Source: a virus
Taxonomy: Duplodnaviria; Caudoviricetes
Virus record (IMG/VR): IMGVR_UViG_3300011268_000751
Location: 1 to 64,000 of that record
Length of the DNA: 64,000 nt
Reading direction: 5' to 3' (one strand)
The notes under the pieces are model-generated. The model searched no databases, was not told where the DNA came from, and saw nothing but the letters and a program-made list of their open reading frames with translations. This document shows positions 45,285 to 56,900 of the stretch, piece after piece. How positions within the stretch are numbered: the first letter of the stretch is position 1; each line of letters opens with the position of its first letter. The position numbers and the translations under genes are program-made.

Positions 45285-48200
45285 TCATGACAATTCACCA
45301 AGATCATTTATTGCTAGAGTTGGACCTGGATCACTAAGAGCATCAAATGTTGGTGAAATAGCAGATCCAAATGCATCAGAAACAAGAGAACTAAAGTCTC
45401 CATAATCTCCAAATGGAATGAAGAGTATCTGATTTGAAACTACTTCAAGAAGATCATCGAGTGCTGCTCCTTCATTTAAAGTGATTGAAGTTCCATTATC
45501 AGCAACATATTCAGTTTCACTTAAACGAATTCCATTTAAAAATACGTCTATTTGTCCCACATTATATGTGGTTGAAAATAATGTTTGTCCGTTTGTTGCA
45601 ATAAAAGATGTTGTATTCCTAGAAACTCCAGTTGGAGATGATAAAGAAGTTGTAACTGTTACAATACCAACAGATGCTTGAGATACCGTTAAGTTTCTTC
45701 CAAAATTAATAGTCAGAGCAACACCAACATTAACATTATTATTGCTAATATTAATACCAGTAGATGATGAAGGAATAACTCCTGTTAATAAAGATCCATC
45801 ACCAATAAACTTGAGTGCTGTTATAACTCCTACAGTGTTTATCTGTGTTGCACTAACAATACCTATTGTAGATATTCCAGATACATTCAGATTAGTTACA
45901 TCTACAATTCCACCAATTGTATTTGTAGCAATACCAGAAGTCTGAGAGTAGGTTGCAATACCTGCATTTGGAGAATATGTGGAAACTCCTGAAGAATTAG
46001 AATAGGTTGCAATACCTGCATTATTTGCATAAGTTGCAATACCTGCATTTGGAGAATATGTAGAAACTCCTGAAGAATTAGAATAAGTTGCAATACCAGC
46101 AGTCTGAGCGTATGTTGCAATACCTGCACTTGATGAATATAAAACAGATGAAGGTTTCCAAACACTATTACTCGCATCCCAAATTAATGACTGACCGTTT
46201 GCTGGTGCCGTTGTAAAAGTATCGACATCATCAAGGTTATTAATTACATATCCAAGAGATGTTGATACTCCAACACTATTTGGGAATGGATAATTTTGTG
46301 GAGTGAAATTAGAAGTGTATCTCGCAATTCCTTTGGTGATACGAAGATCATCTATGTATCCATCAAAATCACCATTCCAATATCTTCCTATACGCAAATT
46401 TGACGCTGATGTTGTAAATGTGGCAGACGTAGTCGCCGTCGTCCCTGCTACACCATTTAGATAAGCAGTCACTGTGGAACCACTACGCACAAATGCAGCA
46501 TGATACCACGTTCCTGTGATTAACGTTCCTGTGCTACACAAAGCCGTTCCCGTTGAGGGAGCATTCCAGATTGATAACCTATTAGTCTGTGTGCTGTGAT
46601 CTAGCACGATCACAAATGCTGTTCCCGTGAATGATGATGCACCGTTAGAGATTAGACCAGAGGTCTGCATCGTATTGACATATAACCAAAACTCAATCGT
46701 AAAATCACCATCTAACGTAAATGCATTATTGCTATTTACAGTTAAAAAATCTCCACTACCATCAAAATAAGCACTAGCACCACCAAACTTACTCTGTGCC
46801 GTGCTTATAGCAACATTACCATTTGGAGTAACTGTTAGATTATTGGAACTAGAATCTGTGAAGGTGGTAGATCCATTACTACCATCCATGTGAAGTAGTA
46901 ATGATACATCATTAAAGTTAGTATCTGTTGGATCTGGATATGCTACAGTGGGTAAAGTGAAACTAGATGTATATCTAGCAATTCCCTTTGTAACTCTAAC
47001 ATCGTCAATATATCCATACCAAAATGCTTGCGACCCATCCCATCCATTACTACCAATTCTAAGACCATTATTGGAAATATTAAGGCTCTGAGTATTAGTT
47101 GTAATTGCCTCTAAAGCACCATTAACAAATAGATATACACTAGAACCACTCCTTACCAAAGCAACATGATACCAAGATCCAGTATTAATAGTTGTAGTAC
47201 TAGAAATAATTGGATTAGTAGTATTGGTTCCAACGTTTATTTTTCGTGGAGATCCAGAAACCATGAAATACCATGATCCAGTTGATCCAGAACCACTAAA
47301 TGATGGGTTTCCGTTTCCTAAAAGTGTTGGATATGAATTTAATAATCCAGTAGCATTAAACCAACATTCAATTGTAAAATCTCCAGTTCCAAATTGGAAA
47401 TTTGGATTATCTTGAATGTTTATATAATCTCCACTGCCATCAAAATACGCACTGGCGCCACCAAACTTACTCTGTGCCGTGCTTATTTGGGTGTTTCCAA
47501 CAACGGTTATAGTATTAATACCAGAATTTGCTCCACTATCAATAAAGGTAGTAGATCCATTACTACCATTCATATGCATCAGTAATGATACATTATTAAT
47601 ATAAGGATCACTAGTATTGTAACTATACCCACCAATGACTGGACCAGAAACCCATTCACCATTTTGATAGATTAATGCTCTGCCATCAGATGCTGCTTGA
47701 ATAGCAGTGATATTGACATCACTAATTCCATCTAAAACGGTTGCTATTCCAGTTAATGAAGAACCATCACCTATAAACTTAGAAGCAGTTATAATACCAG
47801 AAGTAAAAACACTAGAGTCTATATCTAAAGTTCTCGCTATTGTTGAGATACCAGCAAGTAAAGCATAAGTCGATACTCCTGCCCTAGTTGCATAAGTTGC
47901 TATACCTGCAGTCTGAGCGTAAGTTGAAACTCCAGAAACAGAGGCATAAGTCGCTATACCAGATGTCTGAGAGTAGGTTGCTATACCTGCAGTTTGAGCG
48001 TAGGTTGCTATACCCGCCGTCTGAGCGTAGGTTGCAACTCCAGCAATAGAAGCATAAGTTGAAAGACCAGCACTTATACCAGTTAATTGACTTCCATCAC
48101 CAAAGTATCTGGTTGCAGTAACAACTCCAGAAAATAATCCATTACCAATCACATGTAATTTTGATGTTGGATTTGTGGTTCCTAATCCAACATTTCCACT

Positions 48201-49406
48201 ATAAGGAGATAATACTACTCTACCATTAGAGTTTGCTAAGATAATTGGAGTTCCAGAAATATCATTAACTCCAAAAATATCTCCAGTTAAATTATTAGAA
48301 ATTGATAATAACTGACCTGAAGATCCCTCAAAACTCAGTGCTCCACCATCTTGTTCGTATCCTTTAATCTTAATATGTTGAGTTGTAGAAGTTCCACCAG
48401 AAACTACAACCTCGCCGTTTACATGTAGGTTATAAAGTGGATTTGTTGTTCCTATACCAACCTTAGAAAGAGTATGAATACCTGCAGAATTTGTAACCCA
48501 CTGAGAGGATATACCAATTACACTAGATAGACCTGATCCGTCACCAACAAATCTAGATGCAGTGATGATGCCAGTAGTATTAATACTTGAGGTTGTTCCA
48601 AAACCTACAGCAAGAGATGCTATACCAGCACTGGAAGCATAAGTTGCAATTCCCGCAGTTGATGAATAAGTTGAAAGACCGGAGATTGAAGAATATGTTG
48701 CAATGCCACTAAAAGAAGAATATGTTGATATACCTGATACCTGAGCGTAGGTTGATATACCTGCTATAGAAGCATAATTTGAAAAAGTCGATAATCCACT
48801 AGAAGAAGCATAAGTAGATATGCCAGATACAAATGCATATGTTGCAATACCAGAAGAAGTAGCATAATTTGAATAAGTTGCTAAACCTGCTACTGAGGCA
48901 TAAGTTGCTATACCAGAACTAGAAGCATAAGTCGCTAAACCTGCTACTGAGGCATATGTAGAAACTCCAGCAACCTCAGCATAAGTCGCTAAACCTGCTA
49001 CTGAGGCATATGTAGAAACTCCAGCAACCTCAGCATAAGTCGCTAAACCTGCTATTGAGGCATATGTAGAAACTCCAGCAACCTCAGCATATGAGGATAT
49101 CCCTGCAACTGGAGCATAACTTGAGAAGATTGTAACAATACCTGAGTTTACAGGTGTTACATTAACTCCTTGTCCGAAATTAATTTCAAATGCAGATCCA
49201 ACTAATACATTATCATCGGTGATTGTTATACCAACACCAGAAGCAACAACACCAGTCAATAAACTTCCATCACCAGCAAATTGAGATGCTGTAATTATTC
49301 CAGTAAAATATGAATTACCAACGACTGAAAAACTAGTCAGATCCTCAGTTGCTGACTCAATACCAACGTTAAAATATGGTTCTCTTCCGCTTAAAAACTT
49401 TGCCAT
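45285..49406 (-). CDS. long tail fibre with two LamG/ConA-like domains and three 9-aa repeat tracts
   Basis: 1373 aa; two SLLLHMDG...AQSKFGGASAYFDGSGD...DFTIE.W...GYIDD.R.TKG domains; C-terminal ATNGQTLF...DVFLNGIRL Ig-like unit. Confidence 0.88.
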   Translation of the reverse strand: MAKFLSGREPYFNVGIESATEDLTSFSVVGNSYFTGIITASQFAGDGSLLTGVVASGVGITITDDNVLVGSAFEINFGQGVNVTPVNSGIVTIFSSYAPVAGISSYAEVAGVSTYASIAGLATYAEVAGVSTYASVAGLATYAEVAGVSTYASVAGLATYASSSGIATYASVAGLATYSNYATSSGIATYAFVSGISTYASSSGLSTFSNYASIAGISTYAQVSGISTYSSFSGIATYSSISGLSTYSSTAGIATYASSAGIASLAVGFGTTSSINTTGIITASRFVGDGSGLSSVIGISSQWVTNSAGIHTLSKVGIGTTNPLYNLHVNGEVVVSGGTSTTQHIKIKGYEQDGGALSFEGSSGQLLSISNNLTGDIFGVNDISGTPIILANSNGRVVLSPYSGNVGLGTTNPTSKLHVIGNGLFSGVVTATRYFGDGSQLTGISAGLSTYASIAGVATYAQTAGIATYAQTAGIATYSQTSGIATYASVSGVSTYAQTAGIATYATRAGVSTYALLAGISTIARTLDIDSSVFTSGIITASKFIGDGSSLTGIATVLDGISDVNITAIQAASDGRALIYQNGEWVSGPVIGGYSYNTSDPYINNVSLLMHMNGSNGSTTFIDSGANSGINTITVVGNTQISTAQSKFGGASAYFDGSGDYINIQDNPNFQFGTGDFTIECWFNATGLLNSYPTLLGNGNPSFSGSGSTGSWYFMVSGSPRKINVGTNTTNPIISSTTTINTGSWYHVALVRSGSSVYLFVNGALEAITTNTQSLNISNNGLRIGSNGWDGSQAFWYGYIDDVRVTKGIARYTSSFTLPTVAYPDPTDTNFNDVSLLLHMDGSNGSTTFTDSSSNNLTVTPNGNVAISTAQSKFGGASAYFDGSGDFLTVNSNNAFTLDGDFTIEFWLYVNTMQTSGLISNGASSFTGTAFVIVLDHSTQTNRLSIWNAPSTGTALCSTGTLITGTWYHAAFVRSGSTVTAYLNGVAGTTATTSATFTTSASNLRIGRYWNGDFDGYIDDLRITKGIARYTSNFTPQNYPFPNSVGVSTSLGYVINNLDDVDTFTTAPANGQSLIWDASNSVWKPSSVLYSSSAGIATYAQTAGIATYSNSSGVSTYSPNAGIATYANNAGIATYSNSSGVSTYSPNAGIATYSQTSGIATNTIGGIVDVTNLNVSGISTIGIVSATQINTVGVITALKFIGDGSLLTGVIPSSSTGINISNNNVNVGVALTINFGRNLTVSQASVGIVTVTTSLSSPTGVSRNTTSFIATNGQTLFSTTYNVGQIDVFLNGIRLSETEYVADNGTSITLNEGAALDDLLEVVSNQILFIPFGDYGDFSSLVSDAFGSAISPTFDALSDPGPTLAINDLGELS
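45925..49120 (-). repeat. three tracts of the 27-nt-period Y-x3-G repeat (about 45925-46141, 47842-48058, 48612-49120)
   Basis: Read in the translation; includes near-perfect 54-nt (YAEVAGVSTYASVAGLAT) and 81-nt higher-order repeats; boundaries approximate. Confidence 0.85.
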
Positions 49407-49747
49407 TAGTTTAGTGTCTCTAGGATACTACCGATGAATTTAAGATTTGTTGAATTAGAACCTGAAAGAACTAGAATATCTCCAGACTCAAGAACTAATT
49501 TTCCAGAAAGTAGATTTGCAGTATCATTTGCAGGAATACTAAAATCTTTTAGGATTTCAGTAGTAACTGCAATGCCAGCAACTTTTCTCTGATGAGAAAA
49601 AGAAACTTGGTGAGTTTGATTACTAATATTTGCAATTTGTGCTAACAAAACAACACCAGTATATCCAACAGGTGCTGTATAAATTCCAACTGGTGATGTT
49701 TGTGCGACTTTAGTGACAGTTTTAAATACGTTAAGTGCTAATGCCAT
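49406..49747 (-). CDS. small virion structural protein (beta-sandwich)
   Basis: IYTAPVGYTGVVLLAQIAN...GKLVLESGD pattern. Confidence 0.8.
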   Translation of the reverse strand: MALALNVFKTVTKVAQTSPVGIYTAPVGYTGVVLLAQIANISNQTHQVSFSHQRKVAGIAVTTEILKDFSIPANDTANLLSGKLVLESGDILVLSGSNSTNLKFIGSILETLN

Positions 49748-49748
49748 A

Positions 49749-52700
49749 TTATCCTCCGAGTGCTAAAATGAATGGTGTCATGGTTGAGAACAAACTCTTA
49801 GAATAGAACGTTCCAGAAATAGTTCCAGTCTGCTGATTAATCACAACACCATCACCAATTCTAAAGTTACCAGATTGATCGGTGCTGGTGAATACAACCA
49901 ATCCACCATTCTTTGCCACAGTTTCATTATCTTGAATTGCAACACCACCAGTGGAAGGAAGTGCCTTAGATATTTCAGTCCCTGATCCGATATACTCTAA
50001 TGAATGGCCTGAGGCAAGCAATCTACTCTGTTTAAAGAATGGTGCCTGTGTTCCAACTCCAACGGCATAGGGGACATTATCAGAAATAGTAATAGTGCAA
50101 ATTCCAGAACTCGTAATTGGAGTACAAGAATTAATCACATAATATGCAGGAACCATTTCCGCATAGGCAATCGCTGTATTTATTCCAACATCAGGAGATA
50201 GAACTGTAACTTTTGGTGGAACTTTATAACCTCTACCATTAGAAATCATCTCAATATTTCTAACTCCACCATCAACAACTTCTGCTACAGCAGTTGCAGG
50301 AATTCCCCATTCAGTTTCTGGTTCTTCAATAATAATATCAGTATTTGTTAGATATCCAGTTCCACCAGAGGAAACAACAACTTTACCGACACTATAATAA
50401 AGATCTCCAAAATAAACTACCTGACCGTCAAATGGGCGAATTGTATTGATCTTCACAGTTCCACCACCCACATAAGTATGAGGAAGAGTTGATGCACCCA
50501 CATTTGCACTAAATACCGTGCTTGCTAAAGATACTGAAGGAAGACCAGTTAAAGATCCTGCACCAATATAAGTAGTAAGAATTCCAACTAGATTATCAAT
50601 CGTGCTATAAACATCAGCACAACCGTTGATGTTTTGATTTGAATTAACTGCAGGATCAATTTGAAGTGCCAAGTTCTGTGCGTTCAGTAAATTATTAATT
50701 GCCTTCTTGGAGTAATCTCTAATCGCACGGAATGCTGTAATTGACTCAGCAACTTCTCCAACTAAACCATTTGAACGTGGTGCTCCACTGATGGTAAAAT
50801 AAGACTTTGTTGCTTCTAATATACTCTTATTAGTATATCCTTCAAGATCATCAGCAATCGCATCCACAATATATCCAATATCTCTACGACACTTACTCTG
50901 CCCTGTAACAAAAATACCCGGATTAATTGTTATAGTATTGAGAGTAGAAAGATTTCCAATACCAACTGCCTGAGTTGTGATGCTGACAAGAGTATCAATT
51001 GCAGATTGAACGTTAGCACATGAGTTTGGAGATGTATTAAACCCAGTTACAGGATCTGCAGTGAGTGTAAGATCCTTATAATTTAATTGATTGGTAATTG
51101 CTTTCTTTGCATAATCTCTAGCGGAGTTGAAAGCATAATTTGACTCTGCTTCTTCTCCTAGAAGAGATGTAGTTGCAGATCCTACATTGTTAAAGTAGAA
51201 CTTAGTAAATGCGATAGTATAAGAATTTCCACCAGTAAAGATGTCTGTTGAGAATGCATCTACAAAATATCCAAGGTCTCTAGCACACTTATTCGTTGTT
51301 GAAATGCCAAGATTTTCATTGAATGTTGATAGTGATGCAGTTGTTCCAATTCCAATTACTGTGGTTACAATTCCTACAAGAGTATCAATATTTGCCTGAA
51401 CGTCTGTGCAAGAATTTTCATTTCCAGATTGTAGAACCAGTAACGAAGTTCCTATTCCACCATATGTTGCAGGACCAGAACTAATTCCAAGGTTTTTGAA
51501 GTTCAGTTGATTTGTAACTGCCTTCTTCATTAAATCTCTAGCAGAATTAAAGGCAGTTACACTTTCCACTTCTTCACCAATCAATCCATTTGATATTGGA
51601 TTGCCAGTATTATCAAAATACTGAAGTGTAAAATCTCTAGAATACTTATTACCACCAGTAAATACATCAGTTGAAATTGCATCAATCAAGTATCCAAGAT
51701 CTCTGGCACACTTATATCCACCAGGAGAACTTGTGGTTCCAATTCCAACTCCTAGATTAAAGTATCCAAAGTTAGAATTAGGAAGTGAAGATGTGCTTCC
51801 TGAACCAATTACAGTTGTTACAATTCCAACAAGGTTGTCAATGTTCGTTCTAACATTCGCACAGGAACTGGGATCAGTATTAAATCCAGTTACAGGATCT
51901 GCGGTGATTGTTAAATCACTATATGCTGCACCAACAAGAGTGTTTGTGATTGCACTCTTCATCAGTTCTCTTGCTTCAACAAATGCATAATTTGATGCTA
52001 CTTCTTCACCCTGTAGTCCGTTTGTGATTGGATTACCAGCACCATCAAAGTATTGTAGAGTAAATTGGCGAGAATAATTATTACCACCCGTGAAAACATC
52101 AGCGGAGATAGCATCTACAAAGTATCCAAGATCTCTCTTACACTTAGACTCTGACGATGCAATCGCTGGATATACATTATAGGCATTCGTCCAGGCAATA
52201 CTTACGATAACATCCTTATTTCTTTGAATTAATCTATAGGCATCAAAGTATCTAGATCTATCATTTGTTTGAAGATCGCCAGGAAAATAAAAATCGGAAT
52301 GAGCGATTGCAACTGCACCTAAAGACTTATCGACGATTTCCTGCTTGTTAATTTGAATTAACCTGGAAGCATCATAATATCTCGATCTTGCATTTGTTTC
52401 TGGTTCATCGGGAAAATAAAATCCAGATGGAAATCCAATAGCAATCGATACTAAAGATTTATCTACTATTTCTTGCTTGTTCTGCTGAATTAAACGATAC
52501 GAGTCATAAAATCTTGAGTATTGTGTAGTCTGCTGATCTCCAGGGAAATAAAAATCAGGATGCTCTATTGCAATTGCTGCAAGAGATTTATCTTGAATTT
52601 CTGTTCTATTTGCACGAATTTGGTTTGCTGCATCAACATATCTACCAGGAGCAACTGTTTTAACCTCAAAATTATATCCAAACTTACCAGATGGATATGT

Positions 52701-53864
52701 TAGAATTCCAGGTCCAGAGGGGCAAGTAAATCCAAGACCAACAATCGAAACTCCCATTCCCACATTAAACTTATGTGGTTGACTGGTCGTGATCGTAACA
52801 ATACCACACCCATTATCATATTTTGCAGTCACTACACCTAAGGTTGGAGTGCTTAAATCAATTGTGAATGTGTCACTATTTGAATCTGTTGCCTGTACTA
52901 TTAAACCAGTAAATTTTAATGGTCCAACACCATCCGAAACCAGGGCATAGTCTCCAAAGGATGAGTTAGAGTTTGTGAGATCACATGCACCGCCAGATCC
53001 ACAATAAACTGCAGTCTCATTACAGATAGTGAATAAAGAAACTAACTGGGCGTATCCCTCATTAGTAATAGAACAACCAATTCCACCCTGATTATATTGA
53101 GTATAAGAATCAAGAACCATACTCTTCGTAGGTCCAATAGATAACTTACCGTCTATTCTGAGACCAATACTATCAGGAATAAAGTTCGTACAATTCTGAA
53201 TATAGGGTGATTGTGCGTTATATCTTGCCGCTGCTGGATCAAAAGAAAAAATTGCTCCAGGATTTGCTGGACCTACAAATGCCATCTCGGCAATATAATT
53301 TCCTTCACCAACATAAAACAAATCACCTTGATTTTGTGGAGTTACACTTACTTCACGAAGACTATCACCAACCACACTCACTTGGTTTGGTAATGTGATT
53401 GGATTATCTTCTATGTAAGTTCCAGCACTAACCTTAATAACAGTTCCCTCTGTTGCTGCTGCAACTGCTCCCTTGATAGTTGCCTTTGCTTTTCCAAGGG
53501 TTCTTCCATCATTTGCATCACTTCCATTTTTTGTGACGTAGAGGAGATTTGTGACTTGTGGAAATCCATTTACCGTAACCGTTGATAAACCACTAACAAC
53601 TGGAGATACTTCTAAACCAACTCCAGAAAAATTAACTGTATTTGCAAATCCTACAATAGTTCCGTCTTTAGCAACTCGGACACCAGAAATCTTTTGAATG
53701 GTGTCTGTAGTTACATTATCAAGAGATAGAATATTTTGTAATTGACGCCCAGAACTAACAACTTGCGAATTACCGATGCTTACGGAAGTTGCAGTTACTA
53801 CACCAGCATTAACTATATTTCTACTATCATCGATGATAGTAGATCCTACGATTTTAATTGCCAT
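49749..53864 (-). CDS. large virion structural/tail protein with pectin-lyase-like N-domain and internal helical repeats
   Basis: LLYVTKNGSDANDG...TIKGAV...IKVSAGTYIE; four KC.RD.GY..DA repeats; three DFYFP/GFYFP repeats. Confidence 0.85.
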   Translation of the reverse strand: MAIKIVGSTIIDDSRNIVNAGVVTATSVSIGNSQVVSSGRQLQNILSLDNVTTDTIQKISGVRVAKDGTIVGFANTVNFSGVGLEVSPVVSGLSTVTVNGFPQVTNLLYVTKNGSDANDGRTLGKAKATIKGAVAAATEGTVIKVSAGTYIEDNPITLPNQVSVVGDSLREVSVTPQNQGDLFYVGEGNYIAEMAFVGPANPGAIFSFDPAAARYNAQSPYIQNCTNFIPDSIGLRIDGKLSIGPTKSMVLDSYTQYNQGGIGCSITNEGYAQLVSLFTICNETAVYCGSGGACDLTNSNSSFGDYALVSDGVGPLKFTGLIVQATDSNSDTFTIDLSTPTLGVVTAKYDNGCGIVTITTSQPHKFNVGMGVSIVGLGFTCPSGPGILTYPSGKFGYNFEVKTVAPGRYVDAANQIRANRTEIQDKSLAAIAIEHPDFYFPGDQQTTQYSRFYDSYRLIQQNKQEIVDKSLVSIAIGFPSGFYFPDEPETNARSRYYDASRLIQINKQEIVDKSLGAVAIAHSDFYFPGDLQTNDRSRYFDAYRLIQRNKDVIVSIAWTNAYNVYPAIASSESKCKRDLGYFVDAISADVFTGGNNYSRQFTLQYFDGAGNPITNGLQGEEVASNYAFVEARELMKSAITNTLVGAAYSDLTITADPVTGFNTDPSSCANVRTNIDNLVGIVTTVIGSGSTSSLPNSNFGYFNLGVGIGTTSSPGGYKCARDLGYLIDAISTDVFTGGNKYSRDFTLQYFDNTGNPISNGLIGEEVESVTAFNSARDLMKKAVTNQLNFKNLGISSGPATYGGIGTSLLVLQSGNENSCTDVQANIDTLVGIVTTVIGIGTTASLSTFNENLGISTTNKCARDLGYFVDAFSTDIFTGGNSYTIAFTKFYFNNVGSATTSLLGEEAESNYAFNSARDYAKKAITNQLNYKDLTLTADPVTGFNTSPNSCANVQSAIDTLVSITTQAVGIGNLSTLNTITINPGIFVTGQSKCRRDIGYIVDAIADDLEGYTNKSILEATKSYFTISGAPRSNGLVGEVAESITAFRAIRDYSKKAINNLLNAQNLALQIDPAVNSNQNINGCADVYSTIDNLVGILTTYIGAGSLTGLPSVSLASTVFSANVGASTLPHTYVGGGTVKINTIRPFDGQVVYFGDLYYSVGKVVVSSGGTGYLTNTDIIIEEPETEWGIPATAVAEVVDGGVRNIEMISNGRGYKVPPKVTVLSPDVGINTAIAYAEMVPAYYVINSCTPITSSGICTITISDNVPYAVGVGTQAPFFKQSRLLASGHSLEYIGSGTEISKALPSTGGVAIQDNETVAKNGGLVVFTSTDQSGNFRIGDGVVINQQTGTISGTFYSKSLFSTMTPFILALGG

Positions 53865-53899
53865 TTACCGTCTTCGTGTTGCCACTGGGTAATCAGATT

Positions 53900-53905
53900 T
53901 ATTTA
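53900..53905 (-). promoter_or_regulatory. probable late promoter (TAAATA)
   Basis: Lies between the 53912 stop and the 53864 start. Confidence 0.55.
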
Positions 53906-53911
53906 GGTCAG

Positions 53912-56900
53912 TCATAATAATCTTTTTTTCAATTCATCAATTTCTTTTTGTTGTTCCTTAACACATTCAATTAATAATCCAATTAAACCATTATAATTAA
54001 CAGATTTAGTTTCATCACCATTTACAAGTTGTGGAAGAACCTTTTCAATCTCTTGAGCGACAACACCAGCAGAAGAACGATTTGTATTCTTCCAATCGAA
54101 TGTAACGCCGCGAATTTGTTTCACTGTTTCAATTGGATTTTGAATTGGTTCAATGTTTGTCTTGAGCTTTCTATCAGAGAGTGAGTCATAATCTGTTGAA
54201 GTTATAATTCCAGTAACATAAAGGTTTCCTGCAACTGTCAACTTAGATGTTGGATTTGTAGTTCCAACACCAACATTTACAAGAGTATGAATACCAACGG
54301 AAGTTGTAATCCACTGTTTAGATGTTTCGGCAGCAACTCCAGAAAGTTGAGAACCATCACCAATAAATCTCAGTGCTGTTACAATTCCAGCAGAATATAA
54401 TTGAGTTACAGTAACAACACCTAAAGTGGAAATACCAGTTACATTTAAGTTAGTTACAGAAGCAAATCCACCAGATACACTTGTTGAAATACCCGAGGAA
54501 GATGCATAAGTCGCAACTCCAGCAGATGATGAATAGGTTGCTAAACCAGCAACTGAAGCATATGTAGAAACTCCAGATCTTGTAGCATAAGTTGCTATTC
54601 CAGCAGTCTGAGCGTAAGTTGCAATACCAGCGACTCTAGCATATTCAGCAACACTAGAAATTCCAGCACTTATACCAGTTAGTTTAGAACCATCACCGAA
54701 GAATGTCGTAGCACTTACGATACCTGCAGTTACAACTCCAGTGATAATCGCATCACCAATTACATGCAATCTAGAAGTTGGAGTTGCAGTTCCAACACCA
54801 AGATTTGTAAACGTATGAATACCTACTGGAGTTGTGATCCATTGAGTGCTAATTCCAGTTACAGAGTCAATCGTTGCATATCCAGAATTAAACGTAACGG
54901 TCAGATTATCACCAAAATCTAGAGTTGCAGCAATACCAATCAAACTTCCAGAGTCTCTTACAGAAACTCCAGATCCTTGAGCGACAATTCCAGTTAATTG
55001 ACTACCATCACCATAGAACGATGTTGCAGTAACAACTCCAGTGAATAACCCATCACCAGAAACTGTAAGTCTAGATGTTGGATTTGTAGTTCCGATACCA
55101 ACATTAGAAAGTGTGTGAATACCGGAAGAAGTTGTGACCCACTGAGATGCTGTAATTCCTGTTAAGAAACTTCCATCACCATAATAAGTTGTTGCTGTTA
55201 CAACACCAAGAGTAGAAATTCCAGTAACATTTAATTGAGTAACAGATGCCACTCCACCAATAACGCTTGTAGCAACTCCAGCAATCGTAGCGATGCCAGC
55301 AACTTTAGCGTATTCAGCAACACTAGAAATTCCGGCACTTATACCAGTCAGTTTAGAACCATCACCAAAGAATGTTGTGGCAGTTACAATACCAGCAGTA
55401 ATTATTCCTACATTTATGATATTTGAAATATTTGTAGGACCTAATGTAGTAATTCCACTTACATTCAGAGAAGTTACATTTGCCGTTCCTCCACTTACGT
55501 TTGTAGCAATTCCAGCGATTGTAGAGATACCAGCAACCTTAGCATACTCGGCAACACTGGAAATTCCAACACTTATGCCAGTAAGTTTAGAACCATCACC
55601 AAAGAATGTCGTGGCAGTTACAACACCAGCAGTAATTACACCAACACTATTAATATTTGAAATGTTTGCATTACCTAAGGTTGTAATTCCAGTAACATTC
55701 AGTCCGATTACATTTGCAGTTCCACCATTTACATTCGTAGATACTCCAGCAATACTTGCATAAGTTGCAACACCAGCAGTTCTTGCATATGTAGAAATTC
55801 CAGATGTTCTTGCATATCCAACATCTCCAAAGAATGCAGAGGCAGTTACAACACCAGTAATTAAAGCATCACCATAAACAGTTAATGTTGAAGATGCAGA
55901 TGTTGTTCCAATACCAATACTTCCAGTGGTGATAATTCCAGTTCCACCACTAGACCAATAATTAACGACATTTACTGTTGTAATTCCAGAAACTATTGAA
56001 GTTAATGAAATATTTTCACCGAAGTTAAGAACTGATGCAGTTCCAAGTAAGATATCATCATCCCTAACAAGAACACCAGAACCTTCTGCAATAATTCCTG
56101 TCAGTTTAGAACCATCACCAAAGAATGACGTGGCAGTTACAACACCAGCAGTAAAGATACCAGATACAACACCATTCCCACTAACAAATATATCAGTGCC
56201 ACTAATACTTGTTACTGATAATGCAGTTCCAGTAATACTAGTTCCAATAATTGATCCAGTTGAAAGTCTTCTTGAAGTTACAACTCCAGCAACATCAACA
56301 TCACCACCAACTGATAATCTGGAATTTGGATTTGTAGTTCCAATACCAATATTCAGTCTTTCATTACCAACTAACCAATACTCATTAAATCCAAGAGAGT
56401 TAATACCAATTGCAAGTGTTTTTCCTCTTTCTACGACTGGGAAGTCAAAGTATGAAGCACCTTGACCGCTACCAATTACGATCTTATAAGAAGAATTCTG
56501 AGAACACCCAACAAAAGATCCAAAGAAAGTATTATTACACCCAGTAGCATTATTAACACCCGAATAGAAACCAAAGAAACTATTCGTTCTACCTGTAGTG
56601 TTACATACACCAGATGATCTACCAAAGAAACTGTTTCTAAATCCTGTAGTATTGCAACGACCTGCTAGGAAACCAAAGAAACTATTCGAGTCTCCAGTAG
56701 TATTACACTGTCCCGCATTTGAACCAAAGAAACTGTTATAGCAACCAGTGGTTGTAAACTTACCAGTGAATGATCCGAAGAAACTATTATAAGCGCCACT
56801 TGTAATTGATGCTGCAGCACCAACACCAACAAAACTGTTTAAAATACCAATATTCTTAATTAATAAGGCACCAGTTTCTTTACTACCAATCTTAACATTA

